Positions 60,801 to 64,000 of a stretch of 64,000 nucleotides of DNA are shown in pieces. The translations under genes were made by a program, and so were the position numbers. The DNA is taken from contig CP089280.1 in the NCBI GenBank assembly GCA_023920165.1, positions 2,232,001-2,296,000 on the forward strand. The letters run 5' to 3'. Numbering within the stretch: position 1 is the first letter of the stretch; every line of letters begins with the position of its first letter. The notes under the pieces are model-generated. The model made no database searches. It was not told the origin of the DNA and worked only from the letters and a program-made list of their open reading frames with translations. The stretch is from Curvularia clavata. Taxonomy: Eukaryota.

Positions 60801-62799
60801 ATCTGGAGGCTGGATTTTGCAGATTTTGGTTCCATGTTTTCCACTGCGTATCTTGTCTGCGTTTACAGCTGAGTATACTGTGCTTGTGCACCAAAAGTGC
60901 ATGGTGGGAATATACATACTTGTATCGAAAGTAAGACTGGAGCCGCGGACTGCGCCAGAAGAAGGATCAGATCATGAATGAGTGGCTTGTTGTCCTGGAA
61001 TACGGAAGACAACGCTTTGGGTTTTATAGTTATGTGCTCTTCTACACTGGATCTACAATAGAGAGTATCACCTCTAGGATCTACCTGAGCATTGTCATTC
61101 CCACTCCAAACATAGAATCAACATATGACGGGCCTGTTGCGATCACGCATACAGTGGCTTGAAGAATACCAATCTCAAAACTTCTATACCCACATACCCG
61201 CATGGGTAAGAATTAGGATAGGTTTAGACTTGAACTTTATCGACGCGAAATACCTCCTGTACCACCTGTTTTCATCTCGGCTCCGGTGCGTCACGCGAAC
61301 AATGTCGAGAGCTTTGGCTGATATGCAGATTCTTGGACCGGTGTGGTGACCCTGGGTGTTTGCAAAGTAGCAGCTGGCGATCATCGCGTTTCATGTCCAA
61401 GTTTTGGGCCTTGCTACTATCAGCAATTGATGTTTTGAGCCGAATACCCTGCACCACAGCACCAGCTGGCACTAACTGTACCTTGCAGGTCATCAAGTCG
61501 AAGTCGGAGTGCTAGCTGCGTACTAGCACCATCAGGTGTAGCAGCCACACATAAGCGGCACCCCAGCTATGTGGTAAAGTATGAAGATCCTACTCAGCAA
61601 GTGCGCGTCATCATAACAAGACAGGGACGTGGAAAATGTCGCGACTTTGCTTCAAGCGAGATGAGATACTCCACTGTGCGAACAGAGATTGGTGGTTACA
61701 TATGCGAAGATACGATAAATGCGAGGGACTAGGGCTATCTGATGGTGAGGGCTGCCAGACAGGCAGACTGAACCGCAAATTTCAGAAGCGAAGCTGTTTT
61801 GCAAAACAGCATCGTAGCGTAAGCGAACGCGGGTAATGAAGAGACGGTCGTAGGCCAGAAGTGGGCCGGCAGACACAGACCCGGTTCCAGGGTCGTTCGC
61901 CGTTCGCCGTACATCGAAACAACCCAGCCAGAACATTCCATGGAGAAAAAAGGGGTGGGAGGGCGGGGGTTGGCGGTGTAAGAGATAATGGTGTGGTGGA
62001 GGAAGGCAACCAGGCAAATGTCTTACCTACACGTCACAAGGACAAGAAAATTCGTCAACCGTGCGTGCATCCAAGTACCATTGCATAGAGATCGCCAGGA
62101 ACCAGGGTTGACCAGAAGCAGGGCAGGCAGAGTCCTAGTTTTCATTCCTTATCAACAGCGTAGCTGAAGAGCAAACGTACAGCTGACCGCATATGATTAC
62201 CCAGGGGCGTGCATTTGTCGTCAGAGGTTTTGGTCAAGGCGTCCGCAATGGCTTCTAGCACCGGTCAGCGAAAGGCTTGGGAGGCTGTCTCATCACCAGG
62301 AACGGGCGGCGCGGCGTGCACACGGATGACCTTGTGGCTAGGTTCGTCTCCTAAAGCCGTTGGTTTGCTTTGAGATTGTTGATATGGGTGGTGGTGCGGG
62401 TACGCTGTGTTGTCGCGCGCTAGACAAAATTCGATCATCGTCCCCTTTATCATGCGTTGCGTAATTTGGCAGTGCTTGTGGTACGATCGGATATGATGGA
62501 AGTGCGGTAGAGTCGTGAAGCCAGTTAGCAGCACAGAGACGACGTTCGCTCAAGAGTCATTTAAAGTGGTTTTTCTACCAGGAGCGTGCATGTGGGGAAA
62601 ATACCCGATGTCATGTCGGATACTACCGGTTGGAGACTTCGGGGAAATGGTGGGGGAAAGCGCGGCCGAGGTGATCGCCAGGAACCCAAAAAAAAACACT
62701 CCACCTTAAGATAGACACGAAACTCCCCGAGCCACTACTGCGATAAAAGAAGGCCATCTCCAGCGCAAAAATCGTCACGTATACCAACAATTCAGCGCA

Positions 62800-64000
62800 A
62801 TGAACGGCACCAAAGTCACCAATGGCACATCGTCGGCGTCCAAGCTGCTATGGAGGCATCCCTCCCCACACTCCACACCCATGTACAAGTTCCTCGAGTC
62901 AGTGAATAAAGCGCATCATCTTCAACTCTCCGACTATACACAACTACACAAATGGAGCATCGAGAACATCGATGCCTTCTGGAAAAGCACCTGGGATTGC
63001 GTCGGTGTCCGACACACTGGAACGCCATCATCAGTCAGTCGCTGCGGCCCTGTGTGTACACCGAACTTCTACTTACCAATGCCCAGGCGGTCGATTCAAA
63101 TGCTTCCATGTTTCCACGCCCAGCCTTCTTCGCGGGAGCAACCCTTAATTTCGCCGAGAACCTGCTCTTCCCTACCCAAGAAGTCGATCCTGAATCGCCC
63201 GCCGTCATCGCTGCGACTGAGACTACGCGGGAGATCGTGACATGGAAGGAACTGAGACACAGGGTGAAGCTATGCCAGGCAGGCATGTTATCCCTAGGCT
63301 TGAAAGCGGGCGACCGAGTTGCAGGTTACGTCGCGAACCACACCAATGCGCTGGTTGCCATGCTTGCAGCGACATCACTGGGGGCCGTCTGGACCGCTGT
63401 CAGTCCAGATACAGGTGTACACGCTGTGTTGGACAGACTGCGTCAGATAGAACCCGCTCTACTCTTCGTAGACAACGCTGCCTTCTATAATGGTCGAAGC
63501 CATCCAGTCCTGCCAAAGGTTGTGGAAATCACTCGGGAACTTACAACCCTCCAGGCTGTCGTTGTTTTCCCAACGGTTGCATCTGTTTCGTTCGATGTCA
63601 GCTCAATACCTGTTGCGTCTGGAAAGAAGTACGACTACGCCACTTTCACGTCGCTCAAGGCAACATCAGTACTTGAGTTCACCCAATTGCCGCCAGACCA
63701 CCCAGTCTACATACTCTACTCGAGTGGCACGACCGGCGCGCCCAAATGCATCGTGCATGGAGCCATTGGTACATTACTTCAGCATAAGAAGGAGCATATA
63801 CTCCATTGTTCCATTACACCCAAATCACGACTCTTTTACTTCACGACTTGCACCTGGATGATGTGGCATTGGCTCGTTAGCGGATTAGCATCTGGCGCCA
63901 CATTGGTTCTCTACGATGGGTCGCCATTCCGTTATGTGGACGAATCCGATCCATCAACGTCTGTTCCAGATGATCTCGCCATGCACCGACTCATAGACGA
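62800..64000 (+). CDS. Acetoacetyl-CoA synthetase (acetoacetate-CoA ligase), 3' end outside window
   Basis: LLWRHP..LHKWS..FW; FFAGATLNFAENLL; GDRVAGY; AMP-binding YILYSSGTTGAPKCIVH; FTTCTWMMWHWLVSGLASGA; intron ~63033-63086. Confidence 0.92.

Noticed and set aside
1..64000. tRNA, rRNA or CRISPR arrays
   Set aside because: None recognised by eye; this is eukaryotic DNA with no repeat-spacer structure. tRNAscan-SE/Infernal were not run.

Overview
Gene-dense DNA from a filamentous ascomycete. Short (~50 nt) GT-AG introns with CTRAC branch sites, the gene content and a RIP-mutated transposon point to a Dothideomycete/Pleosporales-like fungus (inference). About 20 protein-coding genes are supportable: a DEAH helicase (5'-truncated), NCS2/CTU2, PTM1/GPR107-like, IBA57/CAF17, a 2OG-Fe(II) oxygenase, a HET-domain protein, a Tea4/Bud14/TeaC-like SH3 protein, an MFS sugar porter, a Yfh7/YggC-like P-loop kinase, a Gal4-like Zn2Cys6 factor, an Aro80-like factor, EFL1/RIA1, an Opy1-like double-PH protein, a large CorA-tailed protein, a HAM1/DUF4449-like protein, a putative cyclase, an AlkB homolog, a UNC93-like MFS, a PI-PLC and acetoacetyl-CoA synthetase (3'-truncated). 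A pogo/Fot1-type DNA transposon inactivated by RIP is also present. The best candidate for an undescribed system is at 17.3-22.7 kb: a sugar porter and a Yfh7-like kinase share a bidirectional promoter with two near-identical Gal4-type CGG-N11-CCG sites plus CreA/Mig1 boxes, next to a factor whose DNA-binding domain and linker closely match Gal4 (a GAL1-10-like architecture). Second is a 741-nt stop-free, in-frame intron ('exitron') just upstream of the TeaC SH3 domain. Exon boundaries were read by eye and no database searches were run.
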